A DNA stretch of 64,000 nucleotides from an uncultured Chloroflexia bacterium (GTDB lineage Bacteria; Chloroflexota; Limnocylindria; Limnocylindrales; CSP1-4). Position numbers and translations under genes: made by a program. Each line of letters opens with the position of its first letter. Within the stretch, counting starts at the first letter, position 1. This document shows positions 34,729 to 44,895 of the stretch, in pieces. The notes under the pieces were generated by a model. It worked only from the letters and a program-made list of their open reading frames with translations. It did not search any database and was not told the origin of the DNA. Where the stretch lies: NCBI GenBank assembly GCA_963757865.1, contig CAVWSU010000021.1, forward strand, positions 256,522 through 320,521, in the 5' to 3' direction.

Positions 34729-37700
34729 TCAGCCCGGCGAGAGCTCCGGCGTGACGGCACCGCCGAAGCGACGGCCGAGCTCCGCGAGCAACTCGGCGTC
34801 GTATGCAACGCGCGTCCGCAGCTCCATGGGCTGCGTTCGGCCGTCCCCGAGCGGCACGTCCAGCACGACCGGTGTCTGGCCGGGGCGGCTGCGGAGAAGC
34901 TCGCGGACAACCGCGAACGCCTCCCCCAGTCGCTCGCCGGAGAGCGACCCGAACCGGAGGTGGAGCGTGGCGCCGGCGGCCTCGAGCGGCTGCGTCGGTG
35001 CCGCGGCCTGCCGGGCCGCTGCCCGTTCGGCCTCGAGGGGCAACGGCGGCTCGTCGTCGGAGTAGGGCGGTCCGTCGTCGGTCAGGGGCCGCAGGAGGGC
35101 CGTGCCGGGCATCCCTGCTCCGACGGGCGCGCCTGCGCCGACAAGCGCCCCTGCGCCGACGCCCGGGTCGCGGCCGGAGCCGGGCCCCCCGCGACCGACA
35201 CCGGCCATACCGGCCCGGCCCGCCCCGACGCCTGCACCCGGCCCCGTCGTAGTCCGGCCGCCGCGGGCGCCGGCCGAGCCCGAGTCCGCCGACATCTCCA
35301 CCACGAGCTCTCCGATCACGCCGCCGCCACGGAGCGGAGAGACGTGCGGGATCACCCGCCGCACCGTCCGACCGTGCCCGTTCCCCGCGCCGCCTGTCGA
35401 GCCGTTGCCGTTGCCATTCGGGTCGTGACCGTAGCCGTTACCGTTGCCGTTCGGGTCGCGACCGTAGCCGTTGCCGTCGGTCCCGTGTCCCGCGCCGCCC
35501 GCGGTTCCGCCGCCCGGCGCACTCCCGGGGAGACCCGGCGCGATGCCGGCCGGAACCGGCTGGCGGAACGTCCCCGGTCCCCCGTTCGCGCCGCCGCCGG
35601 AGGATCCGGGACCGGCGGCCCTCGCGCCGCCGGCCGCGCCACCGCCGTTCCAGCCCTGGGCGCCGGATCCGCCCCATCGCCCGCCCTCGCGGCCGCCGCG
35701 CCGCCCCCGCTCGGTGGCCTGGACCTGGCGGGCGAAGGCCTCCTCGCCCAGCGCGGTCGCGTCCTCCCACGTCCAGACCGAATCGGCCAGGATCACCGAG
35801 CCGTCGCCCTTGTGGTCGACCCGTCCCGCGACGAGGAGGATGGCGTCCTCCTGCCAGGTGGGACCCGTCGCCTCGAACGTCTTCGGGAACACGATGACCT
35901 CGAGCGTGCCCTGCAGGTCCTCCATCGTGGCGACGCCCATCGTGGCCTTGGCCTTCGTGATGACACGCCGCATGCCCGTGACCACGCCGCCGATCACGAC
36001 GCGCTGCTGGTCCATCTCCTCGCCGAGGTCGCCCGTGTACGCCGTCACGTAGCGGTCCAGCTGCGTGGCGAGTGCCGCGAGCGGATGGTCGGACAGGTAG
36101 AGGCCGATGAGTTCCTTCTCCCATCGAAGCCGCTCGCGCGGAGGAGCCTCCGTGGCCGACGGCAGGGGCCGCTCCAGGGCCTCGGGCTCCGCCTCTCCCC
36201 CGAACAGCGCGGTCTGGCCGCTCGACCGGTCGCGCTGCTCCGCCTGCGCGGCCGCCATGGCGTCGTCGAGCGCGAGGAGCAGCTGGGCCGGATGACCGAA
36301 CCGGCCCAGGGCGCCCACCTTGACGAGCGACTCGACGACGCGCTTGTTCACGAGCCGCAGGTCGACGCGGCGACAGAGGTCCGTCAGGGACCGGAACTCG
36401 CCGTCGGCCTCGCGCGCGGCGATGATCGACTCGATCGCGCCCTGCCCGACGTTCTTGACCGCCAACAGCCCGAACCGGATGCCCTCCCCTTCCACCGTGA
36501 AATCGACGTGGCTCCGGTGCACGTCCGGAGGGCGCACCTCGATGCCCAGCCGCCGGCATTCGGCCACCGCGGCAGCCACCTTCTCGGTGTTGTCACGAAA
36601 GGCCGTGAGCACGCTGGCCATGTACTCGACGGTGTAGTTCGCCTTCAGGTACGCCGTCTGGTACGCCACCAGCCCGTACGTGGTGGCGTGTGCCTTGTTG
36701 AAGCCGTAGCGCGCGAACGGCTGGAACGCCGCGAACACCGCCTCGATGATCTGCGGCTTCACGCCCCGTTCGGCCGCCTGCGGCACGAACTTCTCCATCA
36801 TCTGCTGAAGGACCTTGTCCTTCTTCTTGCGGATGGCGTACCCGAGCGTGTCGGCCTCCGGACCGCTGAACCCGGCGAGCGCCTTCGCGGCCGCCATGAT
36901 GTCTTCCTGGTACACGAAGATCCCGTACGTCTTCGAGAGGTACGGCTCCAGGAGCGGGTGCAGGTAGCTGATCGGCTCCTCGCCGTGCTTCCGGCGGATG
37001 TACGCGGGGATGTTGTCCATGGGGCCGGGCCGGTACAGGGCGACCATGGCCGCCAGGTCGTACACGGACGTGGGACGCAGCTCGCGGATGTAGCGGCGCA
37101 TGCCCGCCGACTCGAGCTGGAACACGCCGGTCGTCTCGCCCGAGGCGAGCAGGTCGAACGTCTTCGCGTCGTCCAGCGGAATGTGGTCGAGGTCGATCTC
37201 CACGCCCCGGATGCGGCGGATCGCGTCCACGGCGTGACGCAGGATCGTGAGGTTGGACAGCCCGAGGAAGTCGAACTTCAGCAGGCCGAGCGCGTCCACG
37301 CCGTGCATCTCGTACTGCGTCATGAGCGCCTCGGAGTTCGTGGCGCGCTGCAGCGGCATGATCTCGGTCAGCGGCTCGCGGCTGATGACGACGCCGGCGG
37401 CGTGGGTGGACGCGTTGCGGGCGACGCCCTCCACCTGCTTCGCGAGCTCGACGAGCTTGTGGACCTGCGGGTCGCCCTCGTACATGGCGCGGAGCTCGGG
37501 GGCCTGCTCGATGGCCTCGCCGAGCTTGATGCCGAGCTGGTTCGGGACGGCCTTCGCGATGCGGTCCACGTCGCCGTACGGCATCCCCAGCACGCGTCCC
37601 ACGTCGCGGAGCGCCGCGCGCGCGAGCATCGTGCCGAACGTGATGATCTGCGCCACGTGGTCCGCGCCGTACTTCCGCGTGACGTAGTTGATCACCTCGT

Positions 37701-38931
37701 CGCGCCGGGCGTCCTCGAAGTCCATGTCGATGTCCGGCATCGTCACGCGGTCGGGATTCAGGAACCGCTCGAACGGCAGCTCGTAGTGGATGGGGTCGAC
37801 CGGCGTGATGCCGAGCGTGTGCGTGACGATCGAGCCGGGCGCGCTGCCGCGGCACGTGGTGGCGATCCCCTGCTCCCGGGCGAAGCGCGTGAAGTCCGCC
37901 ACGATCAGGAAGTACGCCGCGTAGCCCATGCGGCAGATCACGTCCAGCTCGTAGTCGAGCCGGTCGCGGATCTCCCGGGTCACGACGGCATAGCGGGCGC
38001 TCAACCCGCGCTCGCACTCCACGCGCAGCCACGACTCGGCCGTGTGCCCCTCGGGCACCGGGAACTGCGGCAGGCGGAGCTGGCCGAACTGGAACTTGAG
38101 ATCGACCATTTCCGCGACGCGCCGGGTGTTGCGCAGCGCCTCCGGCACGTCCCGGAAGAGCGACTCCATCTCGGCCGCGCTCTTGAGGTAGAACTCCTCG
38201 CTCTCGAACCGCATCCGGTTGGGCGTGTCGAGGTTCGAGGCCGTGCCGATGCAGAGCAGGACGTCGTGCGCCTCGGCCTGCGAGCGCCGGACGTAGTGCA
38301 GGTCGTTGCTCGCCACGAGCGGCAGGCCCATCTCGGGCGCCAGGCGAAGGAGCTGCTCGTTCAGCCGGCGCTGCAGGGGGATGCCGTGGTCCTGGAGCTC
38401 GAGGTAGAAGTTGCCCGGCCCGAAGATGTCGCCGTACGCACCGGCCAGCCGGCGCGCGCCCTCCCAGTCGTCGACCTCCAGGGCCTTGGGGATCTCGCCG
38501 CCCAGGCAGGCCGACATCCCGATGAGCCCCTCGGCGTGCTTCGCGAGGTAGTCGCGGTCGATCCGTGGCTTGTAGTAGTACCCGTCGAGGTGGGCGTCGG
38601 TGACGATCCGGCAGAGGTTCTGGTAGCCGGTCCAGTCCTTCGCGAGGAGCACCAGGTGGTACGGCTGCGCGTCCGCCTTGCCCTCGCGGTCGGTCATGGA
38701 GCGCCGGGCGACGTACGTCTCGATCCCGATGATCGGCTTGATGCCCCGCTGCGTCGCCGCCTGGTAGAACGCGACGACCCCGTAGAGCGCGCCGTGGTCC
38801 GTGATGGCGAGCGAGTCGAACCCGAGCGCGGAGGCCTCCGACACGAGGTCGTCGATCCGGCCGAGCCCGTCGAGCAGGCTGAACTCGGTATGGACGTGGA
38901 GGTGGGTGAAGTCGTTCGGGCCGATGGTCAT
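34729..38931 (-). CDS. dnaE: DNA polymerase III alpha subunit with a ~230-aa Gly-rich insertion before the C-terminal domain.
   Basis: The PHP motif is 'FTHLHVHTEFSLLDG', followed by the palm/fingers region and the OB fold 'VVIGGVVTGMRRVITKAKATMGVATMEDLQGTLEVIVFP'. The terminal 'PVVLDVPLGDGRTQPMELRTRVAYDAELLAELGRRFG' resembles the E. coli alpha C-terminus pattern. The ORF is open to 39054; ATG 38931 is chosen by homology of the N-terminus. Confidence 0.9.
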   Translation of the reverse strand: MTIGPNDFTHLHVHTEFSLLDGLGRIDDLVSEASALGFDSLAITDHGALYGVVAFYQAATQRGIKPIIGIETYVARRSMTDREGKADAQPYHLVLLAKDWTGYQNLCRIVTDAHLDGYYYKPRIDRDYLAKHAEGLIGMSACLGGEIPKALEVDDWEGARRLAGAYGDIFGPGNFYLELQDHGIPLQRRLNEQLLRLAPEMGLPLVASNDLHYVRRSQAEAHDVLLCIGTASNLDTPNRMRFESEEFYLKSAAEMESLFRDVPEALRNTRRVAEMVDLKFQFGQLRLPQFPVPEGHTAESWLRVECERGLSARYAVVTREIRDRLDYELDVICRMGYAAYFLIVADFTRFAREQGIATTCRGSAPGSIVTHTLGITPVDPIHYELPFERFLNPDRVTMPDIDMDFEDARRDEVINYVTRKYGADHVAQIITFGTMLARAALRDVGRVLGMPYGDVDRIAKAVPNQLGIKLGEAIEQAPELRAMYEGDPQVHKLVELAKQVEGVARNASTHAAGVVISREPLTEIMPLQRATNSEALMTQYEMHGVDALGLLKFDFLGLSNLTILRHAVDAIRRIRGVEIDLDHIPLDDAKTFDLLASGETTGVFQLESAGMRRYIRELRPTSVYDLAAMVALYRPGPMDNIPAYIRRKHGEEPISYLHPLLEPYLSKTYGIFVYQEDIMAAAKALAGFSGPEADTLGYAIRKKKDKVLQQMMEKFVPQAAERGVKPQIIEAVFAAFQPFARYGFNKAHATTYGLVAYQTAYLKANYTVEYMASVLTAFRDNTEKVAAAVAECRRLGIEVRPPDVHRSHVDFTVEGEGIRFGLLAVKNVGQGAIESIIAAREADGEFRSLTDLCRRVDLRLVNKRVVESLVKVGALGRFGHPAQLLLALDDAMAAAQAEQRDRSSGQTALFGGEAEPEALERPLPSATEAPPRERLRWEKELIGLYLSDHPLAALATQLDRYVTAYTGDLGEEMDQQRVVIGGVVTGMRRVITKAKATMGVATMEDLQGTLEVIVFPKTFEATGPTWQEDAILLVAGRVDHKGDGSVILADSVWTWEDATALGEEAFARQVQATERGRRGGREGGRWGGSGAQGWNGGGAAGGARAAGPGSSGGGANGGPGTFRQPVPAGIAPGLPGSAPGGGTAGGAGHGTDGNGYGRDPNGNGNGYGHDPNGNGNGSTGGAGNGHGRTVRRVIPHVSPLRGGGVIGELVVEMSADSGSAGARGGRTTTGPGAGVGAGRAGMAGVGRGGPGSGRDPGVGAGALVGAGAPVGAGMPGTALLRPLTDDGPPYSDDEPPLPLEAERAAARQAAAPTQPLEAAGATLHLRFGSLSGERLGEAFAVVRELLRSRPGQTPVVLDVPLGDGRTQPMELRTRVAYDAELLAELGRRFGGAVTPELSPG
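35401..35466 (-). repeat. In-frame 33-nt tandem repeat x2 (plus a partial copy) inside the dnaE Gly-rich insertion.
   Basis: Units at 35401-35433 and 35434-35466 encode 'YGHDPNGNGNG' and 'YGRDPNGNGNG'. Confidence 0.85.
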
Positions 38932-39083
38932 GGCAGCAGTCGCGGGGGCATGCCGGGCATGGCCCAAGGATAGCCGCGCTCCGCCCCCGGGGCAGGGTCC
39001 GGCCGAAGCTCGCCGGCCTTTCGGGCCAACGCCGCGGTGATTGCCGGATGCCACGCAGGGCAGACGCTCCGGTCAGCCTCGCG

Positions 39084-40731
39084 TCAGGCGCCGGCCCCTG
39101 GCTGGTTCGTGGTGCCCGCGGCGTCGGCAGCGGCCTGCCTGGCCGCCGCCTCGGCGATCTGCGACGCGGACGGGATGTCGGTCACCATCGAGCCGCCTGC
39201 CATGAGCAGGCCGACGCGCTCCCGGTCGGCCTCGGCGCTCGGCAGGACCTCGACGATGCGGCCCTGGTAGATCACCGCGATCGAGTCCGACAGCGAGAAG
39301 ATCTCGTCGAGCTCGCTCGAGATCAGCAGGATGGCCAGGCCCTCGTTGCGCTTGTCGATCAGCTCGCGGTGGATGAACTCCGTCGCACCCACGTCGAGCC
39401 CTCGCGTCGGCTCGGCCGCCACCAGCACCTTGGGGTCCTCTGCCATCTCGCGGGCCACGACGACTTTCTGCTGGTTCCCGCCCGACAGCGACGACGCCAG
39501 GGCATCAGGGTCGGGTGGCCGGATGTCGAACTGCCCGATCAGGTCCGTCGCCCGCTTCTCGACGGCCGCCGAGTTGCGCTGTCCATGGACGGCGAACGGC
39601 TCCCTCGACTGCGACCCGAGGATCAGGTTGTCCTTCACGTCGAACGGCAGCACCAGGCCTCGCGCGTGCCGGTCCTCGGGGATGTACGCAAGCCCCTTGA
39701 CCCGCCGCTCCGCCGCGCTCTGGTGGCGCACGTCCTCGCCCTCGAGGTAGACGTGGCCGTCGGTGGATGGCCGCAGCCCCGCCACGACCTCGGCCAGCTC
39801 GAGCTGCCCGTTCCCGCTGACGCCGGCGATGCCGACGATCTCGCCCGACCGGACCGACAGGTCGACGCCGACCAGGGCGGGCAGCTTGCGGTCCGAGTCG
39901 GCCTTCACGCCCTCCAGGCGCAGCCGCTCGGAGCCGATGTGGGCGGTCTCGCGGACGACCCGCAGCAGGACCTCGCGGCCCACCATCGCGCGGGCGATCT
40001 CCTGGGGTGAGGTCCGCGCCACGTCGAGCACTGCCGCGTTGCGGCCCTGGCGCAGGACCGTGACGCGGTCACAGACCGCCATCACCTCGTTGAGCTTGTG
40101 CGTGATGAGGATCACGGTCTTGCCGCCGGCGACGAGCCCGCGCAGGATCTCGAACAGCTCGTCCGTCTCCTGCGGGGTGAGCACCGCGGTCGGCTCGTCG
40201 AAGACCAGCAGCCGCGATCCGCGGTACAGGATCTTCAGGAGCTCCACGCGCTGCTGGATGCCCACCGGGAGCGCCTCGACCCTGCGCGGTCGGGTCCACG
40301 ATCAGCCCGAAGCGTTCGGACAGCTCCCGGACCTGCCGCTCGGATTCGCGCCGGTCGAGGACGAATCCCCCGGGCTCCTGGCCCAGGACGACGTTCTCGG
40401 CGACGGTCATCACCGGCACGAGCTGGAAGTGCTGGTGCACCATCCCGATCCCCGCCGCGATCGCGTCGCGCGGTCCGCGGATGCGCACGGGCTTGCCGTC
40501 GATCCGGATCTCGCCCTCGTCGGGATGCACGAGCCCGTAGAGGATGTTCATCAGCGTCGTCTTGCCGGCGCCGTTCTCGCCGACCACCGTGTGGATCTCG
40601 CGGTCGCCCACGGTCAGGTCCACGTGGTCGTTCGCCAGGAGGTTGCCGAACGCCTTCGTGATGCCCCGCATCTCGAGGTACTCGCCGGTGCCGGCCAGGG
40701 CGGCAGACCCGAGCGGCACGGCGGCGGTCAT
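39084..40731 (-). CDS. ABC transporter ATP-binding protein (two fused ATPase domains, BMP/nucleoside-sugar type). The frame is interrupted at about 40275-40290.
   Basis: The N-terminal half lies in ORF 40069..41622 ('GENGAGKTTLMNIL', 'MVHQHFQL'). The remainder lies in ORF 39084..40265 ('IQQRVELLKILYRGSRLLVFDEPTAVL', 'LSGGNQQKVVVARE'). The join is '...LIVDPTAR|VEALPVGIQQR'. Confidence 0.85.
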
Positions 40732-41669
40732 TCCCCCACCTCGTACGGCACGCCGTCGGCGGCCGGCGCGGTGGCGCGTCCCACGAACCCGGCGAGCGCG
40801 ACGACCGTCAGCACGTACGGCGTGGCCGCCACGAGCTGGTCCGGGAACCCGGTGCCCTGCAGGTTGATGCCGAGCGACTGACCGAACCCGAACAGGAGGC
40901 ATGCCAGGAAGGCGCCCACGGGGTGCCACTTCCCGAAGATCATCGCCGCCAGCGCGATGAAGCCGGCGCCGCTCGTCATGTTGTCGCTGAACGAGTGCGC
41001 CACGCTGAGCGCGAGATACGCGCCGCCCAGGCCGGACAGGAGGCCGCTCAGGATCACGCACAGGTACCGGATCTGGAACACCGAGACGCCGAGCGTGTCC
41101 GCGGCGCGGGGATGCTCGCCGACCGCCCGGATGCGGAGCCCCAGGCGCGTCCTGAACAGGAAGAACCAGGTGGCCGGCACGGCAAGGATGGCCACCCACA
41201 CGATGATGTTCTGGTCGCCGATGACGGCGCCCACGAACGGGATCGAGTTGACGACCGGGATGTTGATGTCCGGCAGGGCGGGGATGTCGGAGGGGGTCCC
41301 GCTGGTGGCATAGAAGCGGAACATGAGGAAGCTCGTGAGACCCAGCGCCAGCAGGTTGATGGCCATGCCGGAGACGATCTGGTTGGCGCGCAGGTGGATC
41401 GACGCGACCCCGTGGAACGTCGCGATGAGGCCGCCGCACACCACCGACGCCAGCGTCGCGAGCACGATGTCGTGTGTCGCGGCCGCGACCAGCACCGCGA
41501 AGAAGGCGCCCACCAGCATCATGCCTTCCATGGCGATGTTGACGACGCCGGAGCGTTCCGAGATCACCCCTCCCAGGGCCGCGAGGGTGAGCGGTGCGGC
41601 GAACCGCAGGGTGCCCGCCCACAGGTCGGGCCGGGTGAACACCGTGACGAACAGGTTGACGAGGTCCAT
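40728..41669 (-). CDS. ABC transporter permease (BMP-type system).
   Basis: Its start overlaps the upstream stop (ATGA), and its stop overlaps the ATPase start. It is a multi-TM protein: 'GVISERSGVVNIAMEGMMLVGAF'. Confidence 0.85.
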   Translation of the reverse strand: MDLVNLFVTVFTRPDLWAGTLRFAAPLTLAALGGVISERSGVVNIAMEGMMLVGAFFAVLVAAATHDIVLATLASVVCGGLIATFHGVASIHLRANQIVSGMAINLLALGLTSFLMFRFYATSGTPSDIPALPDINIPVVNSIPFVGAVIGDQNIIVWVAILAVPATWFFLFRTRLGLRIRAVGEHPRAADTLGVSVFQIRYLCVILSGLLSGLGGAYLALSVAHSFSDNMTSGAGFIALAAMIFGKWHPVGAFLACLLFGFGQSLGINLQGTGFPDQLVAATPYVLTVVALAGFVGRATAPAADGVPYEVGE

Positions 41670-42781
41670 CAGGCGCTTGCCTCCGCGATGGCCCGGAGCC
41701 CGCCCCGTTTCAGCATCCACCGGATGAGCATCTCGGCGCCGACGAAGAACAGCACCAGCGCCTGGAGTATCTGGACGAGGAAGCCCGAGATGTTCGCGTT
41801 GGCCTGCATGGCGACCGAGCCGTGGATCATGGCGCCGTAGAGCAACCCGGCCAGGAAGATGCCGATGGCCGAGTTCTTGCCGACCAGCGCCACGGCGATC
41901 GCCTCGTAGCCGTAGCCGGGCGAGAAGCTGTCGTAGAGGCGCATCTGCGTCCACACCGGGACCATGCCGGCGAGCCCGGCGAACGCCCCGGCGATGACCA
42001 TCGCGATCACCAGCCGGCGTGCGACGTTGATGCCGCCGTAGGCCGCCGCCTTGGCGTTGAACCCCACCGCCCGGATCTCGTATCCGAGCGGGGTCCGCCA
42101 CAGGATCCAGGCGAACACGAGCCCGGCGAGGATCGTCAGGAAGAGGCTGGCGTTGAGCCGCGCATTGGGCAGGATCCACGACGGCACGATCACCGGGAAG
42201 GCGGCCGTGGGTGGGATCGGCCCGGATTCGGGCGTGCCGAAGGCGTTGGCCGGCGTCATGGGCCCGGCCTCGAGGAGCCAGTGGCTGATGTCGATCGCCA
42301 CGTAGCTCAGCATCATCGTGGTGATGACTTCGTGCGCACCCGTCTTCGCCTTGAGCCAGCCCGCGATCCCGGCCCAGGCGCCGCCGGCGGCCATGGCCGC
42401 GACGATGCAGGCGATGATCAGCGGGAGCCCCGGCCAGTCGGACAGCGTGGTCGCGACCCACGTCGATGCGATGGCGCCCATGTAGAGCTGACCCTCGGCG
42501 CCGATGTTGAACAGCCCGCAGCGGAATGCGAACGACACGGCGTACGCGGCGAGGATCAGGGGGATCGACGAGATGAACGTCTCGGAGATGTCGAACGGCG
42601 ACCCGACGGCGCCGACGAGCATCTGCTGGTAAGCGGTGATGGGGTTCGAGCCGCTGGCGAGCACGACGAACCCGCCGACGATGATGGCGAGGACGACGGC
42701 GAGGACGGGGGTGACCCCGGCCGCGGCGAGCCGGAGGATGCGGCTCCTGGGCGCCTCGAGCGGTGCGATGGCGACGGTCAC
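41669..42781 (-). CDS. ABC transporter permease (BMP-type system).
   Basis: GTG start at 42781. 'CGLFNIGAEGQLYMGAI' is present in a multi-TM protein. Confidence 0.85.
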   Translation of the reverse strand: MTVAIAPLEAPRSRILRLAAAGVTPVLAVVLAIIVGGFVVLASGSNPITAYQQMLVGAVGSPFDISETFISSIPLILAAYAVSFAFRCGLFNIGAEGQLYMGAIASTWVATTLSDWPGLPLIIACIVAAMAAGGAWAGIAGWLKAKTGAHEVITTMMLSYVAIDISHWLLEAGPMTPANAFGTPESGPIPPTAAFPVIVPSWILPNARLNASLFLTILAGLVFAWILWRTPLGYEIRAVGFNAKAAAYGGINVARRLVIAMVIAGAFAGLAGMVPVWTQMRLYDSFSPGYGYEAIAVALVGKNSAIGIFLAGLLYGAMIHGSVAMQANANISGFLVQILQALVLFFVGAEMLIRWMLKRGGLRAIAEASA

Positions 42782-42802
42782 GTCAGGCCCTCAGGGATTG
42801 CA

Positions 42803-42839
42803 GATCGAGGCGGGCCGGACGAACCGACCCGCCTCGATC
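42803..42839 (-). other. Intercistronic stem-loop between the SBP and permease genes.
   Basis: 'gatcgaggcggg' (42803-42814) pairs with 'cccgcctcgatc' (42828-42839), a 12-bp perfect stem with a 13-nt loop. Confidence 0.5.
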
Positions 42840-42856
42840 CAGTATCTCGGCGGTTG

Positions 42857-44026
42857 CTACTTGGGGATGGTGGTCGGCGGGACGATGGCCCCGCTCTTGA
42901 TCTGGTCCGCGACCGCCTGGACCTGGCTGACGATGTCGGCCGGGACCGCGCTGTTCGGCGGCGCGAACCCGGTGGCATTGTTCTGCAGGCTGAACTCGTT
43001 GTCGCCACCCTTGAACGTGCCGTCCTTGACCGCCTGGATGGTCAGGAAGACGGCGACGTCGACCTTCTTGATGGCGCTGGTGATGATCGTCGCCGGCGCG
43101 ACGTAGTTCTGGTCGGCGTCGACGCCGATTCCGAACACCTTCTTGTCGACGGCCGCCTGGAGGTAGCCGAGGCCGCTCGAACCGGCGACCTGGAAGAGGA
43201 TGGTCGAACCGCGCGAGATGTGGTTGAGGCCGATGCTCTTGCCGATCGTCTGGTCCGTGAACGACTGGGAGTAGCCGCCCAGGATCGTGACGCTCGGGTC
43301 AGCTGCCTTCGCACCGGCGATGTAGCCGGCGATGTAGCGGTCGACCGGCGGAATCGCCAGGCCGCCCATGTAGCTGATGGTGTTGGAGGTCGCGGCGCCG
43401 ACCTTGCCCTTCTCCATCAGGCCCGCCATGTAACCGACGAGGTAGCCGGACTCCTGCTCGTGGAAGAACAGGTTCGCCACGTTGGGCAGGTTCACGGTGT
43501 TGCCCTTGGCGTCCGCCGGGGCCGTGTCGATGGCCGCGAACTTGACGTCCGGGTACTGCTTCGCGACGGTGTAGACCGCGTTCGCCATCAGGAACCCGAC
43601 GGCGATGACGAGCTTGTCGCCCTTCTGCGCGAACGTCGTCAGGTTCGGCACGTACTGCGACTGCTCGCTGGACTGGATGACGTCCACGGTCGCGCCGAGC
43701 TGGCACTGGGCCTGCTGCAGGCCGAGGTACGCGAGGTGGTTGAAGCTCTTGTCGTTGAGGCCACCCACGTCCGTGACGAGGCCGACCGACAGGGTCGGGT
43801 CAGGCGCGGCGCAGCTGGCCGGCGCGCTCGCGCCGGGGCTCGTGACCGCCGCCTGGCTGGCGGGTGCCGCGGCCGACGCCGGCGCCGATGCCGGTGCGAC
43901 CGAAGCGGGCGCCGCGACCGAAGCCGGGGCGGCGACCGAGGGGGCCGTGGTTGCGGCAGACGAGCATGCGCCGAACAGGACCGACGCAGCGACTGCCATG
44001 GCGAGGCCGACGCGTAACGTTCGCAA
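42857..44026 (-). CDS. BMP-family (PnrA/Med-like) ABC substrate-binding lipoprotein.
   Basis: The lipobox is 'VLFGACSS', followed by an Ala/Pro/Ser linker, then 'VGLVTDVGGLNDKSFN' and 'IGVDADQ'. Confidence 0.85.
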   Translation of the reverse strand: MRTLRVGLAMAVAASVLFGACSSAATTAPSVAAPASVAAPASVAPASAPASAAAPASQAAVTSPGASAPASCAAPDPTLSVGLVTDVGGLNDKSFNHLAYLGLQQAQCQLGATVDVIQSSEQSQYVPNLTTFAQKGDKLVIAVGFLMANAVYTVAKQYPDVKFAAIDTAPADAKGNTVNLPNVANLFFHEQESGYLVGYMAGLMEKGKVGAATSNTISYMGGLAIPPVDRYIAGYIAGAKAADPSVTILGGYSQSFTDQTIGKSIGLNHISRGSTILFQVAGSSGLGYLQAAVDKKVFGIGVDADQNYVAPATIITSAIKKVDVAVFLTIQAVKDGTFKGGDNEFSLQNNATGFAPPNSAVPADIVSQVQAVADQIKSGAIVPPTTIPK

Positions 44027-44231
44027 CGGTACTTCCTCCCACTATGTCGCCCGGACCGGAACGTCCGGTGCGACAACCTTCAACACCAGGGCCAACCCCC
44101 TCGCGAAGGCTCTCCCCGCCTTCGCCGGCTGCCGCGCGCTCCGACAGCCGCGGTGGTGCGGTCCGAAGTATGCGCGCGGCCGAGAGGCCCGTGCAATGCT
44201 AGGACGCACGCGTGAAGCGCGGAGGTGCGCA

Positions 44232-44895
44232 ATGGACTACAACGACCGGGACGTGCATGGAGGGACGGACGGGCCGTCCGATCCTGCCGTCGAGCGCGAA
44301 CGGGCGGCCGGGCCCGGACAGGCGATCGGGCGCGAACCCGCCTCCGGACAGGATCCGGCGGCCGAACGGGATGCGGCGGCCGAACGGGATGCGGCGGCCG
44401 AACGCCGCCGGGCGGAGCGCGAACGGGCGGCCGAGGTCCTGGACCTGCAGGAGGGTCGCGGCGGGGTCGAACTGGCGTCGGTCGCGGAGGCACGGGCGCT
44501 GCTCGGGAAGGCGCACCGCATCGCGATCGTCGGCGCCTCTCCGGACCCGGACCGTCCCTCGTACGGCGTGATGGCCTACCTGCTGGCCGCAGGGTACGAC
44601 TGCGTACCGATCAATCCGTCCGTGGGGGAGGTCCTGGGCCGCCCCACGTTTCCCGACGTCGCCGACCGCGACCCGCGCCACCGGGCGGTTCGACATCGTC
44701 GACGTGTTCCGCCGGCCGGATGCCGCGCCGGGGGTGGCACGCCAGGCGGTCGAGGCGGGAGCGGGCGCGCTCTGGCTGCAGCTGGGGGTCGTCAGCTGGG
44801 AGGCCGCCCGCATCGCGGACGAGGCCGGCCTGCCAGTCGTGATGGATCGGTGCGCGAAGATCGAGCACGACGCGATGCGCATGCGGGGCGGCTGA
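44232..44895 (+). CDS. CoA-binding domain protein (YccU/YneT-like) with an acidic repeat-containing N-terminal extension. The frame is interrupted at about 44655-44690.
   Basis: ATG 44232 follows 'ggagg'. 'HRIAIVGASPDPDRPSYGVMAYLLAAGYDCVPINP' is in frame 1. 'GRFDIVDVFRRPDAAPGVARQAVEAGAGALWLQLGV' is in the frame of ORF 44704..44895. Confidence 0.75.
44355..44408 (+). repeat. In-frame 18-nt tandem repeat x3 (PAAERD/AAAERD/AAAERR).
   Basis: '(c/g)cggcggccgaacgggat' x2 plus a diverged third unit. Confidence 0.8.

Noticed and set aside
34960-38973. 1337-aa ORF antisense to dnaE.
   Set aside because: It is a shadow frame of dnaE. It is Arg- and Val-rich with no RBS and no domain-like segments.
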